Notes: generated by a model not told the origin, from the letters alone. Shown: positions 49,644 through 59,760, numbered from the stretch's first letter. The stretch is DNA of 62,281 bases from a virus (IMGVR_UViG_3300044627_002262:1-62281); one strand, 5' to 3'. A program made the numbers and translations.

Positions 49644-49883
49644 TTACATTGTTATGAAATTTCCTGCTGACGGGTCATCCTTGTCGTCAGGTGACACGGC
49701 AAGGTCATCAAGCTCACGCAGTGCGGACTCAAATCCCTCCTTGTACTTCGCTTGCAATGCAACTTCCTCGATGGTTTTTCCATCCACGCGAGGAATTCTG
49801 GAATGCAGGTATGTTCGGAGGCGAAGTTTTGTCTTCGCGTTGTATTCACGAAGGCGAGCGATGTCTTCAGGTTCCCAGTTCAC
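49644..49883 (-). CDS. Hypothetical protein (post-portal)
   Basis: 79 aa, GTGA overlap. Confidence 0.65.
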   Translation of the reverse strand: MNWEPEDIARLREYNAKTKLRLRTYLHSRIPRVDGKTIEEVALQAKYKEGFESALRELDDLAVSPDDKDDPSAGNFITM

Positions 49884-50161
49884 TTTTTCTCTTCGTCTTT
49901 TTTGCCAGAGATCATCTTCTTTGCGCCTTCGACCATTTTGCCGACTGCCTTCTTGCCTTTGCGGTAAACATTCTTCGCGGCATCAACGAGTTCCTCGGTC
50001 TTGACCATGCCTTGGTCACTCATTTTTTGCTTGTCGAGCTTTTCGTATGCTGCCTCCTCCTCTGCGGACAGGAGGGAATCGAGTTCCATCTCCTTCTCCT
50101 TCATGGTTGGAAGTTGAGTTACTTTTTCTTTGTCTTTTGGTTTTGATTTTAGCTTGTCCAT
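49880..50161 (-). CDS. Charged hypothetical protein
   Basis: 93 aa, directly after the portal gene. Confidence 0.65.
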   Translation of the reverse strand: MDKLKSKPKDKEKVTQLPTMKEKEMELDSLLSAEEEAAYEKLDKQKMSDQGMVKTEELVDAAKNVYRKGKKAVGKMVEGAKKMISGKKDEEKK

Positions 50162-50167
50162 AAATTT

Positions 50168-52591
50168 TTATCCTGCTGTTGGTGGTTTACCGGGGGCGGC
50201 AATCTCGTTGACTGTTTGGTTCTGTGATGGTGCGAGAGTCTGCATTGCATCCCCCATCATGTTTGCTTGCGCTACAGATGGTCGTTTGCCCGTTCCAATG
50301 CCTCTTTGCTGCACTGCGCCTGCTGCTGGAATCAAACCATCAGGAGGCGGCGTTGCAGTGCCTGCCGTGAGTTTCTGAATGGCGAGTTGCAATCCTTCGC
50401 GATACATCGCGGCCTTTTGTTTGTCCATGCCCTTGCCCTCGCCTGCCGCGATATGCGAAGCGTAGTGCTGCATTGCCCTTGTGAATGGCTCAACCAACTC
50501 GACTGGCAGACTGCCTTCAGGCGCATTGGCGATTACTGGCATGAGCTTCTCTGTAAGAGTCTGCAAGTGCAGATCGTCATCGTCCCTCGGAGAGACTGGC
50601 ACTTCCTGACCTGCGAGTATGGACTGAAGCTCGATGACCTGTTGGCGAGTCGCCTCGATAGCATTTGCCTGCACCATGTCGGGCGGCAGTAGCACAGAAT
50701 TCGCCAGTTCCTGACCAACCTTGCGCGACCAGTCGAGCTTCATCAACTCGGCCTGATTTACATTCGGATTGCCAGTGTATCTTTGAATCAAAAGATCAAG
50801 GATTGCGTTATCTTGCGCCAACATATCAGGCAGGAGTTCCTGCGCTGGCGAATATGCCATCAACATTATGTCGGCAGGAGGGAGGTTGCGTTCCAGCATT
50901 CGCAGGCAACAATCGATTGCGTCCTCATCGAGGTGACTTGGAATCTGAAATGGAACCATGAACGATGGCATTTCCATTCCTGCCTCCATAAACGCATCGA
51001 CAACTTCCCGTTTAGCCCAGACAGAGTCAGGATTTGTGAGTCTTGCAATATCGAGCAGTGTCTTTAATTCAGACGCAGTGCGGATGTGTTCAGCATGGCA
51101 GATGCCTCGTTGCATACGACCAACTGCCTGCATCCATTGAGACATCCAACGAGCAAGAATGCCTTCGCGGATTTGATTTTCGATTGCGGCAACACGATTG
51201 ATCTCCGATGCGGTCTTGTCACCTGTCTGAATTCCAATCGCGGAGGATGGTAGGAAAGTACCTACTTGAATCTCTGCGAGTCCGCTGATGAACTGGTCAA
51301 GTTTAATAAAATCCTCGACATCTGCTGGCATCTGTTGTTGCAACAGTTCGTATCCCTCGGAGACAAAAGCCACAGGATGATTGACAGTGAGCGGAGCAAC
51401 TCCAGTCTTTGCTGTCGGGCCTTTTCGCAGCAACAGCATTCCGCGAAGATAGGTATTGTCGATGATCAAATTTCGCGCCTTATCGACTGCGATGTGTGTG
51501 TTGTAAAGATCGCGACCTGCGCCACGGGAGGACATCAGAGAACCGCTTCCAACCTCGATTGCAAACAATGCGAGGCAGTCGCTCATGCGGTTGTATCTAT
51601 CAATTTGAGAGCAGATTTCGTCGCCCGATTTGTCATCAAAAAGATAGCGTGAAATTTTTCCGTTCGGTTCCTTCACCAACAATTCACCGAGTTCGACATA
51701 CTTTGCATCGTTCTCGTAACTCGCACCATAGCTTCCTTCGCGCATCCAGTCCTCGTACCGACGAGCATCGTCGTCACTGTCGAGCGTTCTGCCAGCAGGT
51801 TTCGCGTTGTTAATTGCTCGCACCAAATTTTTGATGTTCCATCCTGCCAGTGCGCTGATCTCTGCGTCTTCCAAGATCGGCAGCAACTCTGCAATTTGAT
51901 ATCGGCGTTTCCGCGCCCAGATTGGCGTGGCATCAGTGTTCTGCGGAGTCTCGATGGAGAAAAATGTATAATCTTGACGCAGGAATTCTGGTTTCCAGTC
52001 GCGGGAGTCGTCCCAACAGAGTGCGGTAAAGCCAAAGGTCGTGTTCTCATGCACAACTTGCGCGATGAGGTCGTTCAATCCATTCCATGACCTGATTGTT
52101 TTGGTAATCTCTTCGCGGAATACTTTCGTCTTCTGCTCGGAGTCAATTCCCTGAATAGGAAACTTGGAATAAGTCAATGTCGATGCAGCATCGATCACTG
52201 TGCGGAATGGTGGCTGAATGCGGGATACCAAGATCGACAGGAACCCAGTCGGACGATTGCTTCGCCAGTTCTGCCCCATCGATTCCAATTTTTTCGGCGA
52301 ATATGGAGGTTCGTTGTTGAGCTTTTTTTGGATCAGCGCATTTTTGCGGTTCCGCTCGACATTCTGTTGTTTCAGCCTTTTGTAGGCACTGAAGGCTTGC
52401 TGCGCGTCCCGAAATGTTCGGCGTACCTTGAGGGTCTTGGGATCGACAACATCGGCATTGTTTGTCCCTGACCCATCTTTAATCTCCAAATTAATTCGCT
52501 GATCTTTGTCGCTCCCATCTCGGAGGCGAGGTGCTTTGGGCGCATAGGTATTGGTGACGATTGCGGGAAGCGGCTTGCTGGAGTTTTTCAT
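50168..52591 (-). CDS. Portal protein (probable)
   Basis: 807 aa downstream of TerL; KTASEI motif; Pro/Ala/Gln-rich tail. Confidence 0.75.
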   Translation of the reverse strand: MKNSSKPLPAIVTNTYAPKAPRLRDGSDKDQRINLEIKDGSGTNNADVVDPKTLKVRRTFRDAQQAFSAYKRLKQQNVERNRKNALIQKKLNNEPPYSPKKLESMGQNWRSNRPTGFLSILVSRIQPPFRTVIDAASTLTYSKFPIQGIDSEQKTKVFREEITKTIRSWNGLNDLIAQVVHENTTFGFTALCWDDSRDWKPEFLRQDYTFFSIETPQNTDATPIWARKRRYQIAELLPILEDAEISALAGWNIKNLVRAINNAKPAGRTLDSDDDARRYEDWMREGSYGASYENDAKYVELGELLVKEPNGKISRYLFDDKSGDEICSQIDRYNRMSDCLALFAIEVGSGSLMSSRGAGRDLYNTHIAVDKARNLIIDNTYLRGMLLLRKGPTAKTGVAPLTVNHPVAFVSEGYELLQQQMPADVEDFIKLDQFISGLAEIQVGTFLPSSAIGIQTGDKTASEINRVAAIENQIREGILARWMSQWMQAVGRMQRGICHAEHIRTASELKTLLDIARLTNPDSVWAKREVVDAFMEAGMEMPSFMVPFQIPSHLDEDAIDCCLRMLERNLPPADIMLMAYSPAQELLPDMLAQDNAILDLLIQRYTGNPNVNQAELMKLDWSRKVGQELANSVLLPPDMVQANAIEATRQQVIELQSILAGQEVPVSPRDDDDLHLQTLTEKLMPVIANAPEGSLPVELVEPFTRAMQHYASHIAAGEGKGMDKQKAAMYREGLQLAIQKLTAGTATPPPDGLIPAAGAVQQRGIGTGKRPSVAQANMMGDAMQTLAPSQNQTVNEIAAPGKPPTAG

Positions 52592-52592
52592 G

Positions 52593-53168
52593 TTATTTTA
52601 ACCAGCACTTTGCTGGCAGATCGTTGCTGATTACAAATTGGTCTTTGTCAAAGAAAACGGCACTGCGGTTATCGTGTCGCATAATAGTGCATCCACCAAG
52701 TCGAGGAGTTGATTCAGTGTCTCTTGCTTGCCTTACACTGGTCGAGATGCGGTCAGTTGCAGTAATGCAAGCACCGCATCCTGCTCGCCAATTAATATTT
52801 TTTGGACAATCTAAACAGGTTTTTGCTCTCGCCTCTGCCAACTCGTCACTCACAAGTGCAACTTGCTTGTTGGAGTGCAATACATTTTTTGCCCAAATGG
52901 TTATGTCCCCAAGTAGTTCCGATTCCCGATTTGGTGGATTAACAGAGGTGATGACGACCATATCAACCCCGTGACAGTAGGTGGGATAATTGCCGCACAA
53001 AAACGAATTAATGTCACCCTGAACATCGCCAATTGGGAGATAATTCTCTGCGCGATAATTTTCAACAGTAGTGTACAACTCGTTGAGGGTATTAGCCTCA
53101 AGAAGTACCTCGCCATCTTTGTAGTGCCACCCTCCCGGTGGTTTAAATCCATGAATTGGGGTCGCCAT
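52593..53168 (-). CDS. Cys-rich hypothetical protein
   Basis: PPGGWHY, RAKTCLDCPKN, CGAC, PAKCW. Confidence 0.75.
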   Translation of the reverse strand: MATPIHGFKPPGGWHYKDGEVLLEANTLNELYTTVENYRAENYLPIGDVQGDINSFLCGNYPTYCHGVDMVVITSVNPPNRESELLGDITIWAKNVLHSNKQVALVSDELAEARAKTCLDCPKNINWRAGCGACITATDRISTSVRQARDTESTPRLGGCTIMRHDNRSAVFFDKDQFVISNDLPAKCWLK

Positions 53169-53240
53169 TTTTAACGCATAATCTTTGTTTTTAACTCCAA
53201 AATTAAAATTATCAAGCGATTTTTAACTCAAATTTAAAAT

Positions 53241-55100
53241 TTATTCAGAAAAATCAACATAACCCATACTCTCGATGCTGGGCAGTGGTTTATCATTCGA
53301 TCTTTCCTTCTTTGGTTCTGTCATTGTCGCGATTAATCCTTCCCTCTGGCGCAATAAATAAACCAGCAGACTTAATGAGTCCAACTGGTCAGGAGAGTTC
53401 TGTCTCGTCCTTTTAACAAAGTCACCCTTGCTCTCGACCCTTACGAGTCCTTGACCGACCTGCTTGTACCTTCGCCCGATAGCTTGCCTGACCAAGTCTT
53501 CAGTGGCAAACGATGGAGATATCTTCAAGTACTCAAATTCCAAGTATTTAGCGAGACCAAATATCAATTCAGTGACAACGCCTGAATAAACCTCATTCGC
53601 TCTTTGCGTGTCCTCACCCAGAAGGTGCGTCTCACTTGCTGCCCATGAGTAGTTAACGCCAAGCACTTCTTTGCCAAACAAACTACACAACGCATCCGAA
53701 ATGCCTGCACCATTGCCAGTGCGGTCAACGCACAACCAATTCGGGGCGATCTTCATTTGTTTGCAGAATTTGATTATTTGATCGGTCTGCTCCAAAGTCG
53801 CCTTCTTGGGAAAGTTAATTTGCGAATCCAGTTGCAACACTACCCTCGGACTGCTCCACGGCACAAACTTTCCACTCCTCGGAGTCCATCCATCCGACAA
53901 TCCAAACCTGCCGTAGCTACACACCACCTGATCTCGACCTTCCAGTGCCAAATCAAATGCTGCCAGCGGCACAACATGACCAATGAAGCGTACGATACCA
54001 AACGAATTGTCCATCATGGCAGGGGTAATAATCCCCATTGCCACACCCTCTTGAGGAAACCATCCCCTTGCCATCGTGTAATACTCTGCTGTCTTCCCTC
54101 GCGACTCGTATGCCTGATAGCCCTGAAAGGTCTGGAACCCGTGGAAGACGATTTTTTTCTTGACCACATTCTCGCACCTCGCGGCATCAAGTCGCAGGAT
54201 ATGCCATCCATCCCTCGACTCCCACTCGAAATCCTCCTCGCAGTCAATCGATCCCCACCCTCGGACTGGTTCGCACCTCTTGCCAAATTCACTGGTTCTG
54301 TCCTTCGGGTTGCTCGCGCCAAAAATTTTAATTCGACCTTTTGCGCCTTCTGTATCGGCGGCAGACAGGATGTTCTGAAGACCCTCCCAAACGCCTGCTG
54401 GCACTTCCTCGGCTTCGTCAAGCACAACATGAGTCCTACTCATCCGACCCCACTTCTGATGCGCTTTCGCTCTTGGACTCGGATGGAATCCACGCAATGT
54501 GCCTGCACCAGAATCACCCTTCGGGACTGCAACAAGGTGGATTCCGTTCTTGTCGTCGTCATTCGCTTGAATCGACTTCACCAAGTCCTCACTACCCTCA
54601 AACTCTGGACGCACCAGAGCAGTCCTGTAAAAGGTCTTGATAGCAGCAAAAACATTTCGTTGAGCGTGAGCTTCGGTCAGGGATACCACCTTGACGCAGG
54701 TGTACTCTGGGTCTCGCATCCAATCCAAAAGGAACCATGCCGCCGCATTGAATGTTTTCCCCATTGCGCCTGCTCCCTGAATAAGCAGTTTGTCATACTC
54801 AAACAGGCATCGCCATGTCTCCTGCGCGGAACTTGGTCGCCAGTCATAAACTGCCTCTCCCCACAACATAGTTGCTGCTGCTTCAAATTGATCTCCATCG
54901 AGAAGTTTCTGCACGAACTGCATGACCAAGTCGCGAGAGTTCTTGTGCGTCAGCACAACCTTTCCACTGCCTCTCGCAACATTTCGTATGATGTATTCTG
55001 CCGCATACAGCAACCCGTCAGTATCACTCCGATCAGCTTGCTCCCGCACATTGCGAGCAATTGCCAGTACCTCCTGCACATATCCATTCTGCTCAACCAT
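53241..55100 (-). CDS. terL: Terminase large subunit
   Basis: Walker A GAGAMGKT, Walker B VVLDEAEE, ASNP; nuclease AFDLA, VDRTGNGAG, SPDQLDSL. Confidence 0.92.
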   Translation of the reverse strand: MVEQNGYVQEVLAIARNVREQADRSDTDGLLYAAEYIIRNVARGSGKVVLTHKNSRDLVMQFVQKLLDGDQFEAAATMLWGEAVYDWRPSSAQETWRCLFEYDKLLIQGAGAMGKTFNAAAWFLLDWMRDPEYTCVKVVSLTEAHAQRNVFAAIKTFYRTALVRPEFEGSEDLVKSIQANDDDKNGIHLVAVPKGDSGAGTLRGFHPSPRAKAHQKWGRMSRTHVVLDEAEEVPAGVWEGLQNILSAADTEGAKGRIKIFGASNPKDRTSEFGKRCEPVRGWGSIDCEEDFEWESRDGWHILRLDAARCENVVKKKIVFHGFQTFQGYQAYESRGKTAEYYTMARGWFPQEGVAMGIITPAMMDNSFGIVRFIGHVVPLAAFDLALEGRDQVVCSYGRFGLSDGWTPRSGKFVPWSSPRVVLQLDSQINFPKKATLEQTDQIIKFCKQMKIAPNWLCVDRTGNGAGISDALCSLFGKEVLGVNYSWAASETHLLGEDTQRANEVYSGVVTELIFGLAKYLEFEYLKISPSFATEDLVRQAIGRRYKQVGQGLVRVESKGDFVKRTRQNSPDQLDSLSLLVYLLRQREGLIATMTEPKKERSNDKPLPSIESMGYVDFSE

Positions 55101-55341
55101 TGCTCTCCTCCCACTTCCCCACAGGACACTGCTCGGTTGCCATAACAGTCTTTATCTCCATGTTGCATCCGCATTCTCGGCATTTGCCCATGCCTCGATA
55201 TCCAGCAGCATCGAACATCTCGCAGTCAGCACAGATGCGTAATCTCCGCGCCACCTCTGCCTCATCCACGCATGGCAAGCCTGCCGCTACAAACGCAGCA
55301 GCACTCGACATAAAGTTCTTCGCCTTCTCAAATATGCTCAT
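55093..55341 (-). CDS. Small Cys-rich protein (CP.GKW type)
   Basis: [20 protein letters not shown]; start reassigned to MSIFEK. Confidence 0.75.
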   Translation of the reverse strand: MSIFEKAKNFMSSAAAFVAAGLPCVDEAEVARRLRICADCEMFDAAGYRGMGKCRECGCNMEIKTVMATEQCPVGKWEESNG

Positions 55342-56459
55342 AATGGTTTCAACATCTTCGTCATTGCATGAATCCCGTTCCCCTCGGCGTACCACCCTTC
55401 GCCAGTGTAGATGTCCAAGATGTCGTTGAAGTACTTCTCGTACATCGGTGCTACCTTCTCCAAACTGAAGTTCAGCCCAAATGCCCTACACGCTCTTGAA
55501 CTAATCGTACCCTTCTGGATTTCCCTCACCGCATCCACATAGTCGCCCATCGTCCTGCACCGATACCCAGTGACCCCATGCAGGTTATTCTCGGCGAATG
55601 ATCCCCAGTCGGAAGTGATCGTCGGCGTACCTGACAAAAGGTTCTCGACCTGCACCCCGCCAAATGGCTCGACATACTGCGAAGGCACAAACGATGCCAT
55701 CGCATTTGCCATCAACCTGCGCCTCGTCGGGACATCTGCATATCCGACATACTCGACATGGTCAGGCAATTGGTAACCTTCCTCCTTCTGCCCAGCAATG
55801 ATCAACCGCACTCCTGCCCTCTGCGTTGCCTGAATCGCGATGTCCACTCCCTTGCCACTATAGACCCTGCCCAAGTACAAGAAGTAATCCTCTTTCTGGT
55901 CTGGATTGAAGTCGAAATCTGCGACATCAAAGTAATTCGGGATGACCACCTCGTAGTTGTCCTGCCTGCAATTGCCGACTGCCTGCAAGCCACAATACGC
56001 ATGGTAAATTGCGTAGCTCTCAAAGACCTTGAACCTGCACCAGTGACCACCTGCGTAGCCGATGCCCGGCTCAACTGCAATCATGTCAGGGTGAGCATCC
56101 ACCACTGGTCTCACTCCTGATCCCCAGAACGGCAGGATGAAATCATGCTGCTGCTTTCGCTTGCCGACCTCTTCAATCGCATTGCGGAAGAATGTCTGGT
56201 ACGCATGGTCTCCCATGTCGAACTTGAAGAATGTCTTCCTCCAGTCGTGATCCCCATACGCTACCTTCCAGTCGTCGTTCGTCAGCACTGGCACTGACTC
56301 GGTGCAGATCAAGTCACTGTCCTCATGCCCATAATGAATGACCTCATGCCCTCGCTCCACCATCATCTTGCCGAACTTCACGACCTTTTGCGTGTAGGCA
56401 CAGGCATTGAATTCCTTGCTCGTTACTGTATGCGGTAATCCAAGTATGTGAAATCTCAT
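55338..56459 (-). CDS. Glycosyltransferase family 4 (GT-B)
   Basis: [44 protein letters not shown]. Confidence 0.92.
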   Translation of the reverse strand: MRFHILGLPHTVTSKEFNACAYTQKVVKFGKMMVERGHEVIHYGHEDSDLICTESVPVLTNDDWKVAYGDHDWRKTFFKFDMGDHAYQTFFRNAIEEVGKRKQQHDFILPFWGSGVRPVVDAHPDMIAVEPGIGYAGGHWCRFKVFESYAIYHAYCGLQAVGNCRQDNYEVVIPNYFDVADFDFNPDQKEDYFLYLGRVYSGKGVDIAIQATQRAGVRLIIAGQKEEGYQLPDHVEYVGYADVPTRRRLMANAMASFVPSQYVEPFGGVQVENLLSGTPTITSDWGSFAENNLHGVTGYRCRTMGDYVDAVREIQKGTISSRACRAFGLNFSLEKVAPMYEKYFNDILDIYTGEGWYAEGNGIHAMTKMLKPL

Positions 56460-56746
56460 ATATATTTACTGTTATCTACTCTACCTTGCTCAATGTCGTT
56501 ATACTCCTTCAAAGTGATCCCCATCCTGCTTGCTGCGACCCGCTGAACCTCTTTGCGCTTGATCCTGCCTGCTCTCATGCGCTTCCCAATATCGCTCCAC
56601 TTCTGCATCTCGTCAGGCACTGCGCCAGTTGCTTCACACAGACGGCATGGCAACTTGCAAAATTTGTTGTGGGACTTGCCGTTCACCATGTCGAAATGCG
56701 CGACCCCAATGAAGTAGCCTTTCCCGTGACAGTCAGGACAGTTCAT
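56456..56746 (-). CDS. DnaJ-type zinc finger fused to an XRE-like HTH
   Basis: [16 protein letters not shown] then [26 protein letters not shown]; start reassigned to MNCPDC. Confidence 0.7.
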   Translation of the reverse strand: MNCPDCHGKGYFIGVAHFDMVNGKSHNKFCKLPCRLCEATGAVPDEMQKWSDIGKRMRAGRIKRKEVQRVAASRMGITLKEYNDIEQGRVDNSKYI

Positions 56747-57030
56747 GCTGCTTTCTCTTTTTTTGGTTTGTTGTTCTTGTCCTGAACAAATGCTTCTCTT
56801 CGGATTGCCTGCCAAGGCCAATCGATGGCATCGCATAACTGCTCAAACTCCCTGCTCTTCAAGAAGTGAATCGCATCGTCCTGCCACTTCTTTGCAACAT
56901 TCTCCGTGTTGTTGCGCTTGAATCCTTCTGTCTTCCCAGACGCATCCAAAAACGCTCGGTAGATCATCTCGGTTATGACAGTGCGGGTGAATAGTAGTTC
57001 GTTCTCTTCCTTTTGGTCTCGTATAGTCAT
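56743..57030 (-). CDS. Hypothetical protein
   Basis: 95 aa with ATGA overlaps. Confidence 0.7.
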   Translation of the reverse strand: MTIRDQKEENELLFTRTVITEMIYRAFLDASGKTEGFKRNNTENVAKKWQDDAIHFLKSREFEQLCDAIDWPWQAIRREAFVQDKNNKPKKEKAA

Positions 57031-57239
57031 TCGATTACTTTGATTGTGTCGTCTTCACACTTTAGCCAGTAGAACTCTTCTTGCCAATACATCTCGTTTG
57101 GATCAACTCTTCCTACTCCTTTATAGTCTGGGTAGTTATCTTTTACCCATTTGCGAAGTTGTTTCTTTGTGCGGAATGCCGCGATTGGAAGGCCGTTGCT
57201 GTTGTTTCTGTATCCTTGGAATAAGATGTATACTTTCAT
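57027..57239 (-). CDS. Hypothetical protein
   Basis: Start reassigned to MKVYILF (ATGA overlap). Confidence 0.6.
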   Translation of the reverse strand: MKVYILFQGYRNNSNGLPIAAFRTKKQLRKWVKDNYPDYKGVGRVDPNEMYWQEEFYWLKCEDDTIKVIE

Positions 57240-57496
57240 TCCAGTTCCTCCAAGTAGATCGGCGTACTCTCGCCAACCCATGCGCCTGCCAGATTGAATT
57301 CAAAGTACTCTTCAGCCTGCTCCTCGTCCATGTCACGCATCAGTACCTCGATACATTTGCGCCTGCTGTAGACTGCGATGGGCTTGCCAAACTGCCTTCC
57401 AATGCCGAGGAACGCATCTGCGAACCCATCTGCCAAAGTGATCTCCTCTTCGTCCAGTGCCTCTGCTACCCGTTCTGTGAGTTCGTTGTCGGTCAT
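57236..57496 (-). CDS. Conserved phage hypothetical protein
   Basis: LADGFADAFLGI..AEEYFEFNLAGAWVGESTP; start reassigned to MTDNELT. Confidence 0.75.
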   Translation of the reverse strand: MTDNELTERVAEALDEEEITLADGFADAFLGIGRQFGKPIAVYSRRKCIEVLMRDMDEEQAEEYFEFNLAGAWVGESTPIYLEELE

Positions 57497-57723
57497 AGCT
57501 TGAGCCACTGCGTTGGAGCGACAGGACACATCACTGCGTCCGTTGCCTGAAATACCATGAACTGGAGACCGGGGTGCTTCTCTGCGAGTCTGGATGCCTC
57601 CTGCTTGGCCTTTACCAAGTCCCAATGAATGCGGGTAGGTAGATGCAATGGATCGATGCTACAGGTGCGTTCCTCGATGCAAGAGACCTCGTTAGCCTTG
57701 TGGAGTCGGGTTATGATGTACAT
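57493..57723 (-). CDS. Hypothetical protein
   Basis: 76 aa, AKQEASRLAEKHPG pattern. Confidence 0.65.
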   Translation of the reverse strand: MYIITRLHKANEVSCIEERTCSIDPLHLPTRIHWDLVKAKQEASRLAEKHPGLQFMVFQATDAVMCPVAPTQWLKL

Positions 57724-57725
57724 GG

Positions 57726-57884
57726 TTATTCGTCTTTCGGTGGTTTCGGTTCACTCTGTCCGTAAACATGGTTAGGGTTTCTCCGCTCCCATTGCTGGAG
57801 TCGGTCTATGCCGTCACGCTCATCTCTATCTTCCTTGTCGCGCCAGTATTCCTCTGGGTCGTCGTAGTAGTCTCGTTTTGCCAT
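57726..57884 (-). CDS. Small acidic protein, 52 aa (not in ORF track)
   Basis: MAKRDYYDDPEEYWRDKEDRDERDGIDRLQQWERRNP...; fills the gap exactly. Confidence 0.6.
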   Translation of the reverse strand: MAKRDYYDDPEEYWRDKEDRDERDGIDRLQQWERRNPNHVYGQSEPKPPKDE

Positions 57885-57899
57885 ATAATGTGTTGGTTG

Positions 57900-58169
57900 C
57901 TATTGGTTAATAGTCAATTTGCTTTCACCTTCTGCTCTTTGCAGAAAGCATTTACCTATGGCGAGCGCGGGAGTATTTAAACCATATAAAGATTTGTTAA
58001 TTTCATGGTTTTCAATAACTTTTTTGCTTTTGATATTTTTAGAAAATACCTTTACGCATTTCCATGCTCCATAGTTATTCCCGTGATCGTCTATGATCAA
58101 AATTCCTGTGTGATTTGGTAAACCAATATATTGCGTGTTGTTTATTTTAAATGTAACGAATATTTTCAT
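57900..58169 (-). CDS. Hypothetical protein (AT-rich)
   Basis: 89-aa ORF. Confidence 0.55.
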   Translation of the reverse strand: MKIFVTFKINNTQYIGLPNHTGILIIDDHGNNYGAWKCVKVFSKNIKSKKVIENHEINKSLYGLNTPALAIGKCFLQRAEGESKLTINQ

Positions 58170-58223
58170 TTTGTGTGTTTCTTGGATTCCATTATCTACT
58201 ACCTATCTTATCGGAAGTTATCA

Positions 58224-58424
58224 TCATTTTCGCTTTATAATCTTGCTATTCTCAACGACATACGCTTCAATCGCATTCATGTCATTTTGTGCCTGTTTCA
58301 GTCCCTCTTCGGTCATGGAATAAGTATACGCATAAGGAGGCATTGGTTTGCCTCTGCTCAACCTTGGCCCGACTGGGCATCCGTTGGCACATATGGTGAG
58401 TCGGATTTCAAACTCGATCTTCAT
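58224..58424 (-). CDS. Hypothetical protein
   Basis: 66 aa; start overlaps the TerS stop. Confidence 0.55.
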   Translation of the reverse strand: MKIEFEIRLTICANGCPVGPRLSRGKPMPPYAYTYSMTEEGLKQAQNDMNAIEAYVVENSKIIKRK

Positions 58425-58900
58425 GGTTGCGGTAGTTTGCCTGATTCAAGTTCGATTGCCTCTGGCTTGCCTGATCGTGATGGCAGTGCGAATGACACAG
58501 TGAGCGCAGTATTGCCTGTCTGCTCTACCTCGACTTTGTCACCATACTTCTTGGGTGCAATCTTGCTTGCTGCCCATTTGAGCGCATCCATGCGTAGACG
58601 GCCTATTGCTGCGTCATGGGAGCCAAAGGCTTCGTCAATGATCATCTCGGCATAGCAGTCTGCTTGTTTGATTCGCGCCTGCGTGTATTGCTCCTTAAAA
58701 GTTTGATTAGTATCAAGCCAGCGATAGATTGCAGAGGATGCAGGCATATGATCGTCGAGAACGATCTTGCGTAGAGTCTCACCATTTGCCATGCGTTTAC
58801 AGATTTCATCGGCGATGTCTTGAGTGAAGATGGTAGGTCTACCAATTTTTTTTTGCTTTGGAAGTTCTTGATCAGGTTCTGTTAATGAGTTGTCTGACAT
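58421..58900 (-). CDS. terS: Terminase small subunit (Sf6/P22-like)
   Basis: GRPTIFTQDIADEICKRMANGETLRKI..P..IYRWL..KWAASKIAPKKYGD. Confidence 0.88.
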   Translation of the reverse strand: MSDNSLTEPDQELPKQKKIGRPTIFTQDIADEICKRMANGETLRKIVLDDHMPASSAIYRWLDTNQTFKEQYTQARIKQADCYAEMIIDEAFGSHDAAIGRLRMDALKWAASKIAPKKYGDKVEVEQTGNTALTVSFALPSRSGKPEAIELESGKLPQP

Positions 58901-58908
58901 AATAGGTC

Positions 58909-58938
58909 TTGACTTTTTAGCAATTGTTTACTTATAAT
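58909..58938 (+). promoter_or_regulatory. Near-consensus sigma70 promoter on the non-coding strand
   Basis: TTGACT-18 nt-TATAAT in the gap between terS and the resolvase gene. Confidence 0.5.
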
Positions 58939-58962
58939 GAAGAGTCTTCGTTAAGCGATTGG

Positions 58963-59400
58963 TCAATCGCTTGACTGCGAGGTGAGTGTTTGTGTAGCGT
59001 CCTGCCGTTGTTTCAGAGGTTTTTCTGGGTGGTAGATGATTTCGATGATCGTTTTTTCGTCTGCCCTGTGCTTGCATCGTTGTTGCGAGTAGTTGGCGTT
59101 GATGGATTCTGGGTCATCATCGTGAATGAGTCCAGAGTATCGAAGTTGATCGGTAAGAGGTTTCGTGCCTCCAACGAAATTATCGAAGTCTTGGAGTTTG
59201 ATGCTGACTCTTTCAATGCGGAGAGTAACGCGCTTTTTGCCTTTTGTTTGTGCTTGTGGAGATTTGACCAGTGGGAGGACAGGATCGTGTTGAGGGATGG
59301 TGTCAAGTACCCGTGGAGGTGGAGGCGTAGGGTAATAGTTCCCGTCTGGGTGCAGGTGGTAATTGAGTGCGAGGAGTTGCTCATGCGTCCAGTTGCTCAT
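58963..59400 (-). CDS. RusA-like Holliday junction resolvase
   Basis: DFDNFVGGTKPLTDQL..GLIHDDD. Confidence 0.75.
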   Translation of the reverse strand: MSNWTHEQLLALNYHLHPDGNYYPTPPPPRVLDTIPQHDPVLPLVKSPQAQTKGKKRVTLRIERVSIKLQDFDNFVGGTKPLTDQLRYSGLIHDDDPESINANYSQQRCKHRADEKTIIEIIYHPEKPLKQRQDATQTLTSQSSD

Positions 59401-59656
59401 GTTTTTGTCTGAATTGGTTGAGTCGTTCGATGATGTCTTGGGAGACTGCGAAGAGATCGGGTTTCTTTTCGAGAACGATTGAGAGTTGGGAGATTGAGTG
59501 TGAGATTGCGTTCTGCATATTGGGACTGACTACATGGTCATTGCTTGCTGCAAGTGCCTCGTATTCGCCAAGTAGTTGGTTGAGATTTACAGCAAGGATT
59601 GTTGCTGCGACTGTGAGCTTGATCTCGGTCTTGGTTGGTTCTTTTGATTTAGCCAT
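59381..59656 (-). CDS. Hypothetical protein
   Basis: 91-aa ORF. Confidence 0.6.
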   Translation of the reverse strand: MAKSKEPTKTEIKLTVAATILAVNLNQLLGEYEALAASNDHVVSPNMQNAISHSISQLSIVLEKKPDLFAVSQDIIERLNQFRQKHEQLDA

Positions 59657-59675
59657 TATGTTGTGATTGGGTTGG

Positions 59676-59752
59676 GGGGATGCGAGGTTTTATGTGGTTA
59701 CCTCGCGGGGTTAATGAATGACCAGCATAACATGGATGCCGCCACAATCCCC
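59676..59752 (-). ncRNA. Candidate structured RNA, three-way junction
   Basis: GGGGAU/AUCCCC closes GUGGCGGCAU/AUGCUGGUCAU and GCGAGGU/ACCUCGC. Confidence 0.5.
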
Positions 59753-59760
59753 AGTTTGGA

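Noticed and set aside
53757-55145. 462-aa plus-strand ORF
   Set aside because: Almost entirely antisense to terL, which has complete catalytic motifs; no protein-family features
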